Assembly: GCA_963806225.1 (NCBI GenBank)
Contig: CAWDXG010000004.1
Coordinates: 3,360,001 to 3,424,000, forward strand
DNA length: 64,000 nucleotides
DNA from: an uncultured delta proteobacterium
GTDB lineage: Bacteria; Myxococcota_A; Polyangia; Polyangiales; Polyangiaceae
Reading direction: 5' to 3'
Shown here: piece after piece, positions 12,108 through 21,461 of the stretch
Numbering within the stretch: the stretch's first letter is position 1
Layout: each line of letters opens with the position of its first letter
Notes under the pieces: model-generated
Databases searched by the model: none
Seen by the model: only the letters and a program-made list of their open reading frames with translations
What the model was told of the DNA's origin: nothing
Position numbers and translations under genes: made by a program

Positions 12108-12692
12108 ATGCCTGAATCGTCCCTGCCCCCTCCGCCCAAACACGGAGGCAGCAGAGGCTTCATCGCTGCGGCGGTCGTCATGCTGCTGTTGATGGGGGGC
12201 CTCATCTACTGGAAGGTGAGCGGCAAGAAACCGCCGCCGCCGCCGCCGCCGCCGCCGGTTGCAAGCGCGAAGGTGCCGGTGCTCGAGGAGCCTCCTCCTC
12301 CGCCACCACCCAAGATCGAAGCCGATGAGGCGGGAGCGCCGAAAGTTGAAACGCACCACGGCACCTACCACGCCAACACCGGCTGCACCGGCACATGCAA
12401 AGGCACAGCCACCGGCGCGCTCCGCTCCGCGCTCCGCGGCAGAGCCGGCCAGGCGAGAGGCTGCTACGAGCGCGCCCTGCGCACGAATGCGACGTTGAAA
12501 GGCCGCCTCGTCGTGAACGTCCGGCTCGGCCCGCAGGGTCAGGTCTGCAGCGCCTCGGTGGGCTCCAACGCCCTGGGCGACCCGGCCGTGGCCGCCTGCG
12601 TCGTGCAGATGTTCCGCAGCGGGAAGTACCCCGCCCCCGAAGGGGGTTGCGTCGACACCGCAGTTCCGATGAACTTCGTACCGAAGTCATGA
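12108..12692 (+). CDS. AgmX/PglI C-terminal (TonB-C-like) domain protein
   Basis: TM helix, poly-Pro linker, CYERALRTNATLKGRL..GDPAVAACV. Confidence 0.8.
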   Translation: MPESSLPPPPKHGGSRGFIAAAVVMLLLMGGLIYWKVSGKKPPPPPPPPPVASAKVPVLEEPPPPPPPKIEADEAGAPKVETHHGTYHANTGCTGTCKGTATGALRSALRGRAGQARGCYERALRTNATLKGRLVVNVRLGPQGQVCSASVGSNALGDPAVAACVVQMFRSGKYPAPEGGCVDTAVPMNFVPKS

Positions 12693-12961
12693 CCAACTCT
12701 GCCCACCGCCGGTTTCGCTGGTTGCTCCTATGCGCGCTCGGGGGCTTGGCGGCTTCCGCCCTGGTCACGGGGTGCAGCTCCACGGGCTATTCGCCCAACT
12801 GCCCCGAGACGGACGTCGAGCTGTACAACGTGGCCGAGGCGGGCCAGACGAAGACCCCGACCCAGTCCATCGACAAGGGTTGCTGGACGAAGGTCGGTCA
12901 CGCCAACAGCGGCACCGGCGGCACCGGCAACCCGCCTCCGGCCGACGCGGGCGGCGGCTGA
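12689..12961 (+). CDS. Small hypothetical lipoprotein
   Basis: ATGA overlap with the upstream gene; lipobox VTGC; PPPADAGGG tail. Confidence 0.65.
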   Translation: MTNSAHRRFRWLLLCALGGLAASALVTGCSSTGYSPNCPETDVELYNVAEAGQTKTPTQSIDKGCWTKVGHANSGTGGTGNPPPADAGGG

Positions 12962-12997
12962 CGCGCGTCGACGGCTGATGCGCAGCGCCTGCCCACC

Positions 12998-13798
12998 GTG
13001 CAGGCTCCAGAACCCGGCATGGCCTACGGTGTGCTCCTCACGCTCGCGTACGACGGCGCGCTGTTCTCCGGATTCGCCCGGCAGCGCAACGCGCGCACCG
13101 TCGCCGGCGAGCTCGAAGGCGCGATACGCGCGATCGATCCGCACGCGAGCCTCGTGCGCGCCGTGAGCCGCACCGACGCCGGCGTGCATGCGCGCGGCCA
13201 GCGCGTCGCGTTCGACACGGCGAAGTCGATCGCGCCGCGCGGCTGGGTGCTTGCGCTGGCGCGAGAGCTTCCGGAACAGATCTCCGTCGTCGCAGTCGCG
13301 GAAGTGGAGGCCGGCTACGACCCGCGGCATCACGCGGTCGAAAAGACGTACCGGTATTTCGTTCTCCAGAGCCCGGTACGCGACCCGTTCGCCGAGCACC
13401 GCGCCTGGCGCGTCTACGAGAGGTTGAACCACGACGCAATGCGAAGCGAAGCCTCGGCGCTCCTCGGCACGCACGACTTCCGCGCATTCCGCAGCTCCTC
13501 GGACACGCGGCAGGACACCGTCCGGCAGGTCCTGCGGGCCAGCATGCGGGTGTCGCCGGGGGATCCGCGCTGTCTGGAAATCGAGATCACCGGCAACCGC
13601 TTCATGCACCGGATGGTGAGGATCATCGCGGGAACGCTGGTGGACGTCGGCCGCTCACGGCTAGCGCCCGGCGCGGTCACCCGCGCGCTCTCGAGCGGAG
13701 TGCGCGAAGACCTCGGCATGACAGCGCCACCGGACGGCCTGTTTCTGGAGCAGATCGTCCTTTCCAACGCGGGGTGGAACCCCTGGCCCAACGGCTAG
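12998..13798 (+). CDS. truA: tRNA pseudouridine(38-40) synthase
   Basis: AYDG..FSG, SRTDAGVHA, LGTHDFRAF, FMHRMVRII, TAPPDGL. Confidence 0.95.
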   Translation: MQAPEPGMAYGVLLTLAYDGALFSGFARQRNARTVAGELEGAIRAIDPHASLVRAVSRTDAGVHARGQRVAFDTAKSIAPRGWVLALARELPEQISVVAVAEVEAGYDPRHHAVEKTYRYFVLQSPVRDPFAEHRAWRVYERLNHDAMRSEASALLGTHDFRAFRSSSDTRQDTVRQVLRASMRVSPGDPRCLEIEITGNRFMHRMVRIIAGTLVDVGRSRLAPGAVTRALSSGVREDLGMTAPPDGLFLEQIVLSNAGWNPWPNG

Positions 13799-13896
13799 TG
13801 CCCCCCACCTCGCGCGGCAGCCCAACCGCTGTTTTGCAGCTCACAGGCCGCATTGACGAAAATGCGGCGGTCGCGTAGCTTGCGCCTGCCGCTGGC

Positions 13897-13912
13897 TGGC
13901 ACGCGCCCTGCT
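13897..13912 (+). promoter_or_regulatory. Putative sigma-54 (-24/-12) promoter of the spt-like gene
   Basis: TGGCACGCGCCCTGCT matches TGGCACG-N4-(T)TGC with exact GG-N10-GC spacing. Confidence 0.55.
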
Positions 13913-14007
13913 TGTCTGTAGGTGCTGGCTAGATAGCAAGGCCGGTCCGTGGCAGACCGGCGTCCGCGCCCGGTGCAGGCGGCCGGAGTCGCGAGGAGCA
14001 GCATCAA

Positions 14008-15531
14008 ATGGGCTTGAAGCAATCAATCGTCGGGCGAGGCAAGAAGATCCTGCTGAGCCCATCGGTCATGCGATGGGTCTCCGACGACCGCGTCATGAAA
14101 GCGGCCGAGGGCGTCATGGACGCCAGGAGCCGCGTCAAGGCAGCCGTCAGCATCCTCGTCAAAGGTCACGAGCTACCGAACATCGATCCGGCGCTGGACG
14201 AGTACCCCGAGGCAGCCGCGACCAAGCCTGCGTCGAAGAAGAACGGCGCCGCGGCGCCCGCGGCGAAGACGCATGGCTCGGACGACATGACCGAGTCGCT
14301 CAAGGAGCGCAACACGCTGTCGGGCATCGGCAGCAAAGATGTTTTCGAGAAGTGCTACAAGTTCACAGCCGCCGACAACGCGCGGAAGATAGGCATCTAC
14401 CCCTACTTCCGCCCGCTGGACGTGAACGACGGACCCGAGGCCGAGATCGACGGCAAGCGCGTCGTGATGTTCGGGTCCAACAACTACCTCGGCCTCACCA
14501 CGCATCCGAAGGTGCGCGAGGCGGCCAAGTCCGCCATCGACCGCTTCGGCACCAGCATGACCGGCTCGCGTCTCGTGAACGGCTCGATGAAGCTGCACGA
14601 GGAGTTCGAGAACAAGCTCGCCAAGTGGATGGGCAAGGAGAGCGCACTCGTCTTCACCACCGGCTACCAGGTGAACCTCACGGTGCTCTCGGCGCTGCTC
14701 AGCAACAAGAAGAGCGTGGCCGTGATCGACCGCAACGTGCACGCCTCGCTCTACGACGGCGTGCGCCTGGGGCAGGCCGCGGGCGCTCGCATGGTGCGCT
14801 ACCGGCACAACGACCCAGCGTCGCTCGACCGCGCGCTCGAGAAGATCGAGGACGACGAGGGCGCCTTCGTGATCACCGACGGCGTGTTCAGCGCCGAGGG
14901 CGAGATCGCCAAGCTGGACGAGATCGTCAGGGTCGTGAAGAAGCACGGCGCGCGGCTGTTCGTGGACGACGCCCATGCGCTGGGCGTGATCGGCCCCGAT
15001 GGACGCGGCACCGCGCACCATTTCGGCGTCATGGACGACGTCGATCTGGTCGGCGGAACCTTCTCCAAGTCGCTCGCCAGCATCGGCGGCTGGCTGGTCG
15101 GCGAGCGCAAGGTGCTCGACTACGTGCGGCACTTCGCGCCGAGCTTCATGTTCGCCGCGGCCGCAGCTCCGCCCAACGTGGCCGCGGCGATGGCGGCCTT
15201 CGAGGTGATGCAGGAAGAGTCGTGGCGCATCGACAAGCTGCACGACAACTTCAACTACATGCGCGACGAGCTCAAGAAGATGGGCTTCGAGCTCGGTCAC
15301 ACCGAAACGGCCGTGATCCCCATCTACATCCGGCAGGATCTCCGCACCATCATGATGTGGCGCGATCTGCTCGAGGACTACGGCATCTACACCAACCCGT
15401 TCATCTCGCCCGGTGTCCCGCCGAAGAACGCCATGCTGCGCACCAGCTACATGGCCACGCACGAGCGCGAGCACCTCGACCGAGGCCTCGAGGCGTTCCG
15501 CATTGTCGGCAAGAAGTACGGCGTGATCTGA
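14008..15531 (+). CDS. spt: Serine palmitoyltransferase-like alpha-oxoamine synthase with an N-terminal extension
   Basis: GIYPYFR, MFGSNNYLGL, GSRLVNG, HASL, DDAHALG, GTFSKSLASIGG (PLP lysine); closer in pattern to bacterial SPT than to BioF. Confidence 0.7.
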   Translation: MGLKQSIVGRGKKILLSPSVMRWVSDDRVMKAAEGVMDARSRVKAAVSILVKGHELPNIDPALDEYPEAAATKPASKKNGAAAPAAKTHGSDDMTESLKERNTLSGIGSKDVFEKCYKFTAADNARKIGIYPYFRPLDVNDGPEAEIDGKRVVMFGSNNYLGLTTHPKVREAAKSAIDRFGTSMTGSRLVNGSMKLHEEFENKLAKWMGKESALVFTTGYQVNLTVLSALLSNKKSVAVIDRNVHASLYDGVRLGQAAGARMVRYRHNDPASLDRALEKIEDDEGAFVITDGVFSAEGEIAKLDEIVRVVKKHGARLFVDDAHALGVIGPDGRGTAHHFGVMDDVDLVGGTFSKSLASIGGWLVGERKVLDYVRHFAPSFMFAAAAAPPNVAAAMAAFEVMQEESWRIDKLHDNFNYMRDELKKMGFELGHTETAVIPIYIRQDLRTIMMWRDLLEDYGIYTNPFISPGVPPKNAMLRTSYMATHEREHLDRGLEAFRIVGKKYGVI

Positions 15532-15557
15532 GTAGCCGGCCCGGGGACGGCTTTTCT

Positions 15558-15615
15558 TTTCTGGGGTCGAGAGCTGGGCGTCGCGGTGCGGCGACTCACA
15601 TCTCGACCCCAGAAA
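15558..15615. terminator. Perfect 15-bp inverted repeat between convergent genes; probable bidirectional terminator
   Basis: TTTCTGGGGTCGAGA ... TCTCGACCCCAGAAA. Confidence 0.55.
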
Positions 15616-15692
15616 TCTTCCCGCCTTCCCGCCTTCCTGTGAACCTCTGGATCGCGCCGCGACGTTCCAGACGTGATCGCGCGGTCGGGAAT

Positions 15693-16508
15693 CTAGCCGC
15701 CCTGGCGCTTCACCTTTGCCAGCGCGTTCCTGTAGGTCGCGGCGACGCGTCCGGTGAGGAAACGCCGGGGCACGAACGGCGCAAACGCCAGGCTGAGCCG
15801 GTTGCTCATGCCGGGAGCGTAGAGAAAGCGCCGGGCGCCGAGCGCACCTACTCCCTCGCGCGCGACCTTGTCTACCGGCATCAGCCAACCGCGAAGCTCT
15901 CCGAAGTCCTCGCCATCGGTCATCTCCGTCTGGATGCCGCCCGGAACGAACGTCGTAACGGACACGTTGCGTCCGTACATCTCGTGGTGGAGCGCGCAGC
16001 CGTAGTTGACCAGGAACGCCTTGGTCCCCGAATAGGCCGTCTGGTACGCGACCGGTACCAGGCCGGCCATGCTGGAGACGAGCATCATGCCGCCGCCCTG
16101 TGCGCGCTGCTCGAGGTACGGAACCAGCCGCGTGCTGAGGCGCACCACGCTGCGCACGTTGACGTCGAGCATACGCTGGAAGGCATCCCACTCGAGCTCT
16201 TCGTGACTTCCGATGTGGGTAATGCCGGCGTTGAGAATGGCAGCGTAGAGCTCGCGACCGCCTGTCGCCGCCTGGAAGACGCGGTCCACGTCTTCCAGGT
16301 TGGCCAGGTCCGCGGCTACCGGCAGCACCTCGACTCCTGCCGCCGTCTCGAGCTCGTCCTTGAGCTCCTCCAGCCGCTCGCGGCGGCGCGCGGCGATGAC
16401 CAGATTCGCGCCGTGCTCGCGCGCCAAGAGCCGCGCCATCTCCCGGCCCAGACCGGACGACGCTCCAGTCACCAGAACCCACCGCGAACGGAAATCCATG
16501 CGCTTCAT
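15693..16508 (-). CDS. SDR family oxidoreductase
   Basis: TGASSGLG, ARRRERL, LNAG, YSGTK. Confidence 0.92.
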   Translation of the reverse strand: MKRMDFRSRWVLVTGASSGLGREMARLLAREHGANLVIAARRRERLEELKDELETAAGVEVLPVAADLANLEDVDRVFQAATGGRELYAAILNAGITHIGSHEELEWDAFQRMLDVNVRSVVRLSTRLVPYLEQRAQGGGMMLVSSMAGLVPVAYQTAYSGTKAFLVNYGCALHHEMYGRNVSVTTFVPGGIQTEMTDGEDFGELRGWLMPVDKVAREGVGALGARRFLYAPGMSNRLSLAFAPFVPRRFLTGRVAATYRNALAKVKRQGG

Positions 16509-16574
16509 CGCCCGAAGTAGAGCCACAAACGGCTCCGACTTTCCACGCCCAAGGCGAATCCAGCGGAAGGCCGG

Positions 16575-17144
16575 CTACGATCCGGCGCGAAAGAACGTCG
16601 CGCCGCCGGCCCGGAGCGGCGTGGGCGCGTTCCTCAGCTTGCGGCCGAGCGCCTCGACGGCCTCCGTGTCGACGTACAGTCCGGGGCCCCAGCCCGGTAC
16701 CTCGGCGTCCTCGTCGAGACGCGTCGCGGTGTCCGCGTACAGCGCCCGGCGCAGCGGCTCACTGGGAAACGAGACATGCAGCAGCGGCACGTCGCCGGCC
16801 CAGGCGGGCAGCGCCACCGACTCGGTCTCTTCAGGCACCCAGCGGCTGCCGTGCGTCAACACGCCCACCGTGGAAAGCTCGCGTCCGGCGAGCCGCGCGC
16901 GCACCATGCGCAGCCAGCCGAGCGGCTCCTCGACCTGGTCACCCTCGGAGAGCTCCACGTACACCGCGTGACCGAGGTGCACCGCCCGCGCGGCGCGACC
17001 GAGCGGGATTGCCTCCAGGCACTCGACGACCGTGGTGCGGAACGCGGTGAAGCGCTTCACGAAGTCCGTGCGCTCGAGCGCGTACTCCTCGTCCTCCACG
17101 CTGAAGTACGAGATCAACAGACCGAATGCGTTCTCGTCGATCAT
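16575..17144 (-). CDS. Hypothetical protein, possible degenerate nucleotide-cyclase fold
   Basis: Host-like codon use; VGVLTHG..EPLRRAL..PGLYVD pattern. Confidence 0.6.
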   Translation of the reverse strand: MIDENAFGLLISYFSVEDEEYALERTDFVKRFTAFRTTVVECLEAIPLGRAARAVHLGHAVYVELSEGDQVEEPLGWLRMVRARLAGRELSTVGVLTHGSRWVPEETESVALPAWAGDVPLLHVSFPSEPLRRALYADTATRLDEDAEVPGWGPGLYVDTEAVEALGRKLRNAPTPLRAGGATFFRAGS

Positions 17145-17207
17145 CCGTCCCCCGATTATCCCGGCGCGCACGCGATGGCCAGCGCCACGGGCAGCACCGG
17201 CAGGCGC

Positions 17208-17660
17208 TCAGCCAATCGAGCCGCGCTCGAGCGGCGCGCGCCCGGCGCGCTGGCGCAGCCGGTTCAGCGTGCGGAACACCGGCTTCGAGGCGACGATGCG
17301 CCGCTGCAGCCGCCGCTTTCCGGGGAAGTCGAGCAGGAACAGCGAGGCCAGGATGGTCAAGAGCCCCTGCCCGGGCAGCACCAACATCGCAACTCCGGCC
17401 ACGAACACCACCGCGCCGAGGATGTTCTTGACGACACGCAGAGCCATGCGCCACCCGGGCTCGCGAACGGCCGTCATCCCGAGATCGCCGCGCTCGTGGC
17501 GCGTGAAGTAGTCGGCCGGGACGCGCGCGAAGAACCACGGCACGCCCACCAAGCTGAGCACGAACATCACCACCGACGCGATGGACAGCACCACCAGCAC
17601 GTGTGGCGTCAGGAGCCAGTGCAGGAAGGTCTGCGCCCAGGCGGGGAGGCGTTCCATCAT
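17208..17660 (-). CDS. PGPGW-family transmembrane protein
   Basis: KNILG..GVAMLVLPGQGLLTI..DFPGKR. Confidence 0.85.
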   Translation of the reverse strand: MMERLPAWAQTFLHWLLTPHVLVVLSIASVVMFVLSLVGVPWFFARVPADYFTRHERGDLGMTAVREPGWRMALRVVKNILGAVVFVAGVAMLVLPGQGLLTILASLFLLDFPGKRRLQRRIVASKPVFRTLNRLRQRAGRAPLERGSIG

Positions 17661-17700
17661 GGCGGCAGCAACCTAACCACGGGACCGACCCGACGCCGCA

Positions 17701-19065
17701 TCAGGCCCGCGAGCGGGCGGCGTGGATGGCGGCCAGGGCCGCGCGCGCCTTGTTACGGGTCTCCTTGGCTTCCAGCTCCGGCACACTGTCGGCGACGACG
17801 CCCGCGCCGGCCGTGACCTCGAACCGCCCGTCGCGCATCACCACGGTGCGGATCGCGATGGCAAAGTCGAGGTCCGTCCCCCCCGTCACGTAGCCGATCG
17901 CGCCGCCGTAGGCGCCCCGCGGCCGGCGCTCGAGCTCGCGGATGATCTGCATCGCCCGCACCTTGGGTGCGCCGCTGAGCGTGCCGGCGGGGAACGTGGC
18001 GCGCAGCACGTCCCATGGCCCCTGCCCCGGCGCGAGCTCGCCGGTGACCTCGCTGACGATGTGCATCACGTGGCTGAAGCGCTCCACCTCCATGCGCTGG
18101 GCGAGCGTCACCGAGCCCGCGCTCGCGATGCGACCGATATCGTTGCGGGCCAGGTCGATCAACATCACGTGCTCGGCGAGCTCTTTCGGGTCGGCGAGCA
18201 TCTCGGCCGCGAGCGCGTCGTCCTCCTCGGGGCTCAGTCCGCGCCGGCGCGTGCCCGCAATCGGGCGCAGCGTCACCCGCCGGCCCTCCACGCGCACCAG
18301 CGTCTCGGGGCTCGCTCCCGCAATCGCAACGGCGGGCGCCCCGGGCCGTGCAGGCAGCTCGATCAGGTACATGTACGGCGCGGGCGAGAGCACCCTGAGC
18401 GCGCGGTACACGTCGAACGGATCGGCGCCCGCCACGGGCACTGAAAATGTGCGCGCGGGCACGACCTGGAACGCGTCCCCGGCGCGGATGTACTCCTTGA
18501 CGCGCTCGACGCTGCCGCTGAACTCCTCGTCGCTGGTGCCGACCTCCACGTCGGGCGGCAGAGCGGCGGGATCGGGCGGCAGAAGCGGCGAAAGCGGAGC
18601 CACGCGGGACAGGTCGCGCTCGGCCCGCGCGAGCTCGGCTGCGTCCGGCGCGGCGATGGTCGCCGTGTGCGTCAGGTTGTCGAACACGACGACGGTCGCG
18701 TCGCCCACCAGCCGTGCGATCGGATCGCCCGGCGCTGGCCACGGCTCCACCTTCGTTGCGTAGTGCACCAGGTCGTAGGCGAGCACGCCCACGTGAGCGC
18801 TGGCGAAGCGCGCCGCGACCTCCGCCTCCACCCGCTCGCCCGTCGGAACCAGCTCCGCCAGCCGGGCGAACGGATCCAGCCCGGGCTCGCCGTGCAGGAT
18901 GACCTGCCGGCGCGGGTGATAGCCCAGGATCGAATAGCGGCCCCAGCGCTCGCCGGGCACCACGCTCTCGAGCAGGAAGGACCCCTCGCCCGCGTCGCGG
19001 CGCAGGGCGGCATAGGCGCCCACCGGCGTGATGCCGTCCACGACCAGCGTCTTCAGTTCCGTCAT
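17701..19065 (-). CDS. trpE: Anthranilate synthase component I family protein
   Basis: FLLESV, WGRYSI, GDAFQVV, SPETLV, KELAEHVMLIDLARND, FPAGTLSGAPK, AIRT. Confidence 0.9.
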   Translation of the reverse strand: MTELKTLVVDGITPVGAYAALRRDAGEGSFLLESVVPGERWGRYSILGYHPRRQVILHGEPGLDPFARLAELVPTGERVEAEVAARFASAHVGVLAYDLVHYATKVEPWPAPGDPIARLVGDATVVVFDNLTHTATIAAPDAAELARAERDLSRVAPLSPLLPPDPAALPPDVEVGTSDEEFSGSVERVKEYIRAGDAFQVVPARTFSVPVAGADPFDVYRALRVLSPAPYMYLIELPARPGAPAVAIAGASPETLVRVEGRRVTLRPIAGTRRRGLSPEEDDALAAEMLADPKELAEHVMLIDLARNDIGRIASAGSVTLAQRMEVERFSHVMHIVSEVTGELAPGQGPWDVLRATFPAGTLSGAPKVRAMQIIRELERRPRGAYGGAIGYVTGGTDLDFAIAIRTVVMRDGRFEVTAGAGVVADSVPELEAKETRNKARAALAAIHAARSRA

Positions 19066-19160
19066 GCGAGAGAGGGAGCGTAGCGCCGCCACCCCGGGCG
19101 CGGGACCGGGAAAAGCGCCGGGCGTGCAGCCCCCGGGCTGAGCCGCTAGCATGCCGGGCC

Positions 19161-19631
19161 GTGTTCTTCCGACGCGCACTGCTCATGGCGGCGCTCGGCA
19201 CCCTGGCTGCCGGATGCCGGCACGACCAACGCCTGGAGCTGCACGATACCGAAGGGCGGAGCTTCGCCGCCAAATGCTCGGCCGACACCGGCTGCCGGCT
19301 CGAGGACAAGGGCGCCGCCCTGCGCGCGACGGGGCGCGTCGTCGCCATCTGCAACACGCCGGCCGGCCGTGCTCCCCAAGCCAGCGATTGCCGGGCCCTG
19401 ACCTGCAAACACGACGTGGACTGCCCTTCCCGGCATGGCCTGCCCCACGGGACCTGCCTGGACGGGCTGTGTATCGAGCCTGCACATTCGATCAACGTCG
19501 ACGATGCGGTGATGCTGTGCCTGGCCGGCACCGGCCTCGGCAAGAGCTCCCGGACACAGGTCGAGCGCTACGCCTTGGCGCTGAACTGCGGCACGCCCTG
19601 CAAGGTGCCCAGCCCCTGCCGCCAGCCCTGA
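19161..19631 (+). CDS. Cys-rich lipoprotein
   Basis: Lipobox LAAGC followed by many Cys residues. Confidence 0.7.
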   Translation: MFFRRALLMAALGTLAAGCRHDQRLELHDTEGRSFAAKCSADTGCRLEDKGAALRATGRVVAICNTPAGRAPQASDCRALTCKHDVDCPSRHGLPHGTCLDGLCIEPAHSINVDDAVMLCLAGTGLGKSSRTQVERYALALNCGTPCKVPSPCRQP

Positions 19632-19722
19632 ATCCCGTGGCCCCGCGGCGGAGAGCGCCGGGAAAAACGCGGCGCGGAGGCTGGAACAACAGCGGACCGT
19701 CGGCTAGGCTCCGCGCGCCCGC

Positions 19723-21399
19723 ATGCCCGACACACCCTCGTTCCGGGCGAGCATCGCGCTCGCGGCCTACTCCGAGCCCCTGGTCGAGGGGCGGCGTGCC
19801 GTCGTGTTCGGTGATTCGTCGTCGCAACTGGCCGAGCATCTGCTCGAGCGCGGAGCGCGGCTGGTCCACGTCTACGACCTGGAGCCGACCCGCGTCGCCG
19901 AAGCCGCGGCCCGGAACACGTCGCGCAACATCAGCTACGCCCCGCTCGGAGAGAGCGGCACTGCCGTGCGCGACGGCGCGTTCGATCTCGCGATCGTCGA
20001 GAACCTCGCTGCGGCGTCGGATCCGGCCGCGCTGCTGAAGCGCGTCCATCGCGCGCTGTCTCCGCACGGCGCAGCGCTCGTCGCCTGCGCGAATCCGGAC
20101 ATGCGCGTGCAGCTCCTGCCAGAGCTCGAGCAGAGCCGGCAGAGCATCGACTACTACGCTCTGTACGACGCCGTTGCGCTGGAGTTCGAGCAGGTGCGCA
20201 TGCTCGGCCAGACACCGTTCGTGGGCTACGCGATCGTGGACTTCGCCGCCGACGGCGAGCCCGCGCCGGCGCTGGATGCGGGCTTCGTGCCGGGCGGAGC
20301 AGAGGAACCGGAGTGGTTCATCGCCGTGGCCTCCGCGGAGCCGGTAGAGCTCGACGAGTTCGCGGTCGTCCAGCTGCCGTTTCTGGCTGCCGTGGGCGCC
20401 GGCAAGAGCCGCAAGGCGGAAGAGCAGCTGCGCGCGGCACGCGGCGCGGAGCGCCATGCGCGCGAGCGCATGGCCGAGCTGGAAGCGGACAACGAACGGC
20501 TGCGCGCGGCCGAGCGCACCCGGAAGCCCCAGCGCGACCACGCCGGCGAGCTCGAGAAGCTCCAGAAGGAGCTCGAGCAGCGCGACGCCTGGATCGCCCA
20601 GCTGGAAGCACGCGCCGCGACCGCCGACGCCCGCGCCGACGAGTCGCTGGCCGAGCTGGAGCAGGAGCGCGAGAGTGCCAAGCGGGCGGCGCGCGAGCTC
20701 GAGGGCGCGCGCCGGCGCGCCGAGCAGGCCGCCACCGAGGCCCGCACCCTGCGCGACCAGGCAGAAAAGGCGGCCGCGCGCCTCGAAGAAGCGGAAGCCC
20801 GCGCGGGTGCGCCGGCCGGAGAGCTCGAGGCCCTGAAAAAGCAGCTCGCCGCGCAGCAGACCACGCTGGAGCAGGCCGAACAGCAGCGCGACCGGGCACG
20901 CGAAGAGCTCTCGAAGCGCGAGGCCCAGCTGGCCGAGCTCACCGACGCCGAACCCACCGACATGGGCGCCGAGGTCGAGCAGCTGGAAGCCCAGCTGCTG
21001 GAACGCGGGCGGGCGCTCCTCACGCGCGAGCGCGAGCTCCGCGAGGCCGAGCGCATCGGCCGCGAACTGCTCCACGAGCTGGAGATTCTGCGGGCCGGCC
21101 CCGCGGAGGGCGCCGAGGCCGCGGAGGGCGCCGGAGAGCCTTCCGGACGTGAGGCCGAACTCGCCCGCAAGCTGGACAGCCTGGCGCGGCTCAACGCGCA
21201 GAGGGAAGCGGATCTGGAGACAGCCCGCTGGAGCATCGCGGAGCTGGAGGGACGCCTGGCGGACGGGGGACTGGATACCGGAGAGCGGGCGGAGCTCGAA
21301 CGCGACCTGCAGCGCACCCGCGCGGAGGTCCAGAAGCTAGCCGCACTGGTGGCCCAACTCCGGGCCAATGCTGGCTCCGGAGAGGCGGAAGTTCGTTGA
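19723..21399 (+). CDS. Methyltransferase-like N-terminal domain fused to a long coiled coil
   Basis: VVFGD..VYD..GAFDLAIV..LSPHG..NP, followed by about 300 aa of E/R/A/L heptads. Confidence 0.7.
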   Translation: MPDTPSFRASIALAAYSEPLVEGRRAVVFGDSSSQLAEHLLERGARLVHVYDLEPTRVAEAAARNTSRNISYAPLGESGTAVRDGAFDLAIVENLAAASDPAALLKRVHRALSPHGAALVACANPDMRVQLLPELEQSRQSIDYYALYDAVALEFEQVRMLGQTPFVGYAIVDFAADGEPAPALDAGFVPGGAEEPEWFIAVASAEPVELDEFAVVQLPFLAAVGAGKSRKAEEQLRAARGAERHARERMAELEADNERLRAAERTRKPQRDHAGELEKLQKELEQRDAWIAQLEARAATADARADESLAELEQERESAKRAARELEGARRRAEQAATEARTLRDQAEKAAARLEEAEARAGAPAGELEALKKQLAAQQTTLEQAEQQRDRAREELSKREAQLAELTDAEPTDMGAEVEQLEAQLLERGRALLTRERELREAERIGRELLHELEILRAGPAEGAEAAEGAGEPSGREAELARKLDSLARLNAQREADLETARWSIAELEGRLADGGLDTGERAELERDLQRTRAEVQKLAALVAQLRANAGSGEAEVR

Positions 21400-21461
21400 C
21401 AGCCCCCCGGCCGGCCTTAGCTTGGCCCGATAGTGGGCAGTGGGGGTAGCGGCACCCTGGC

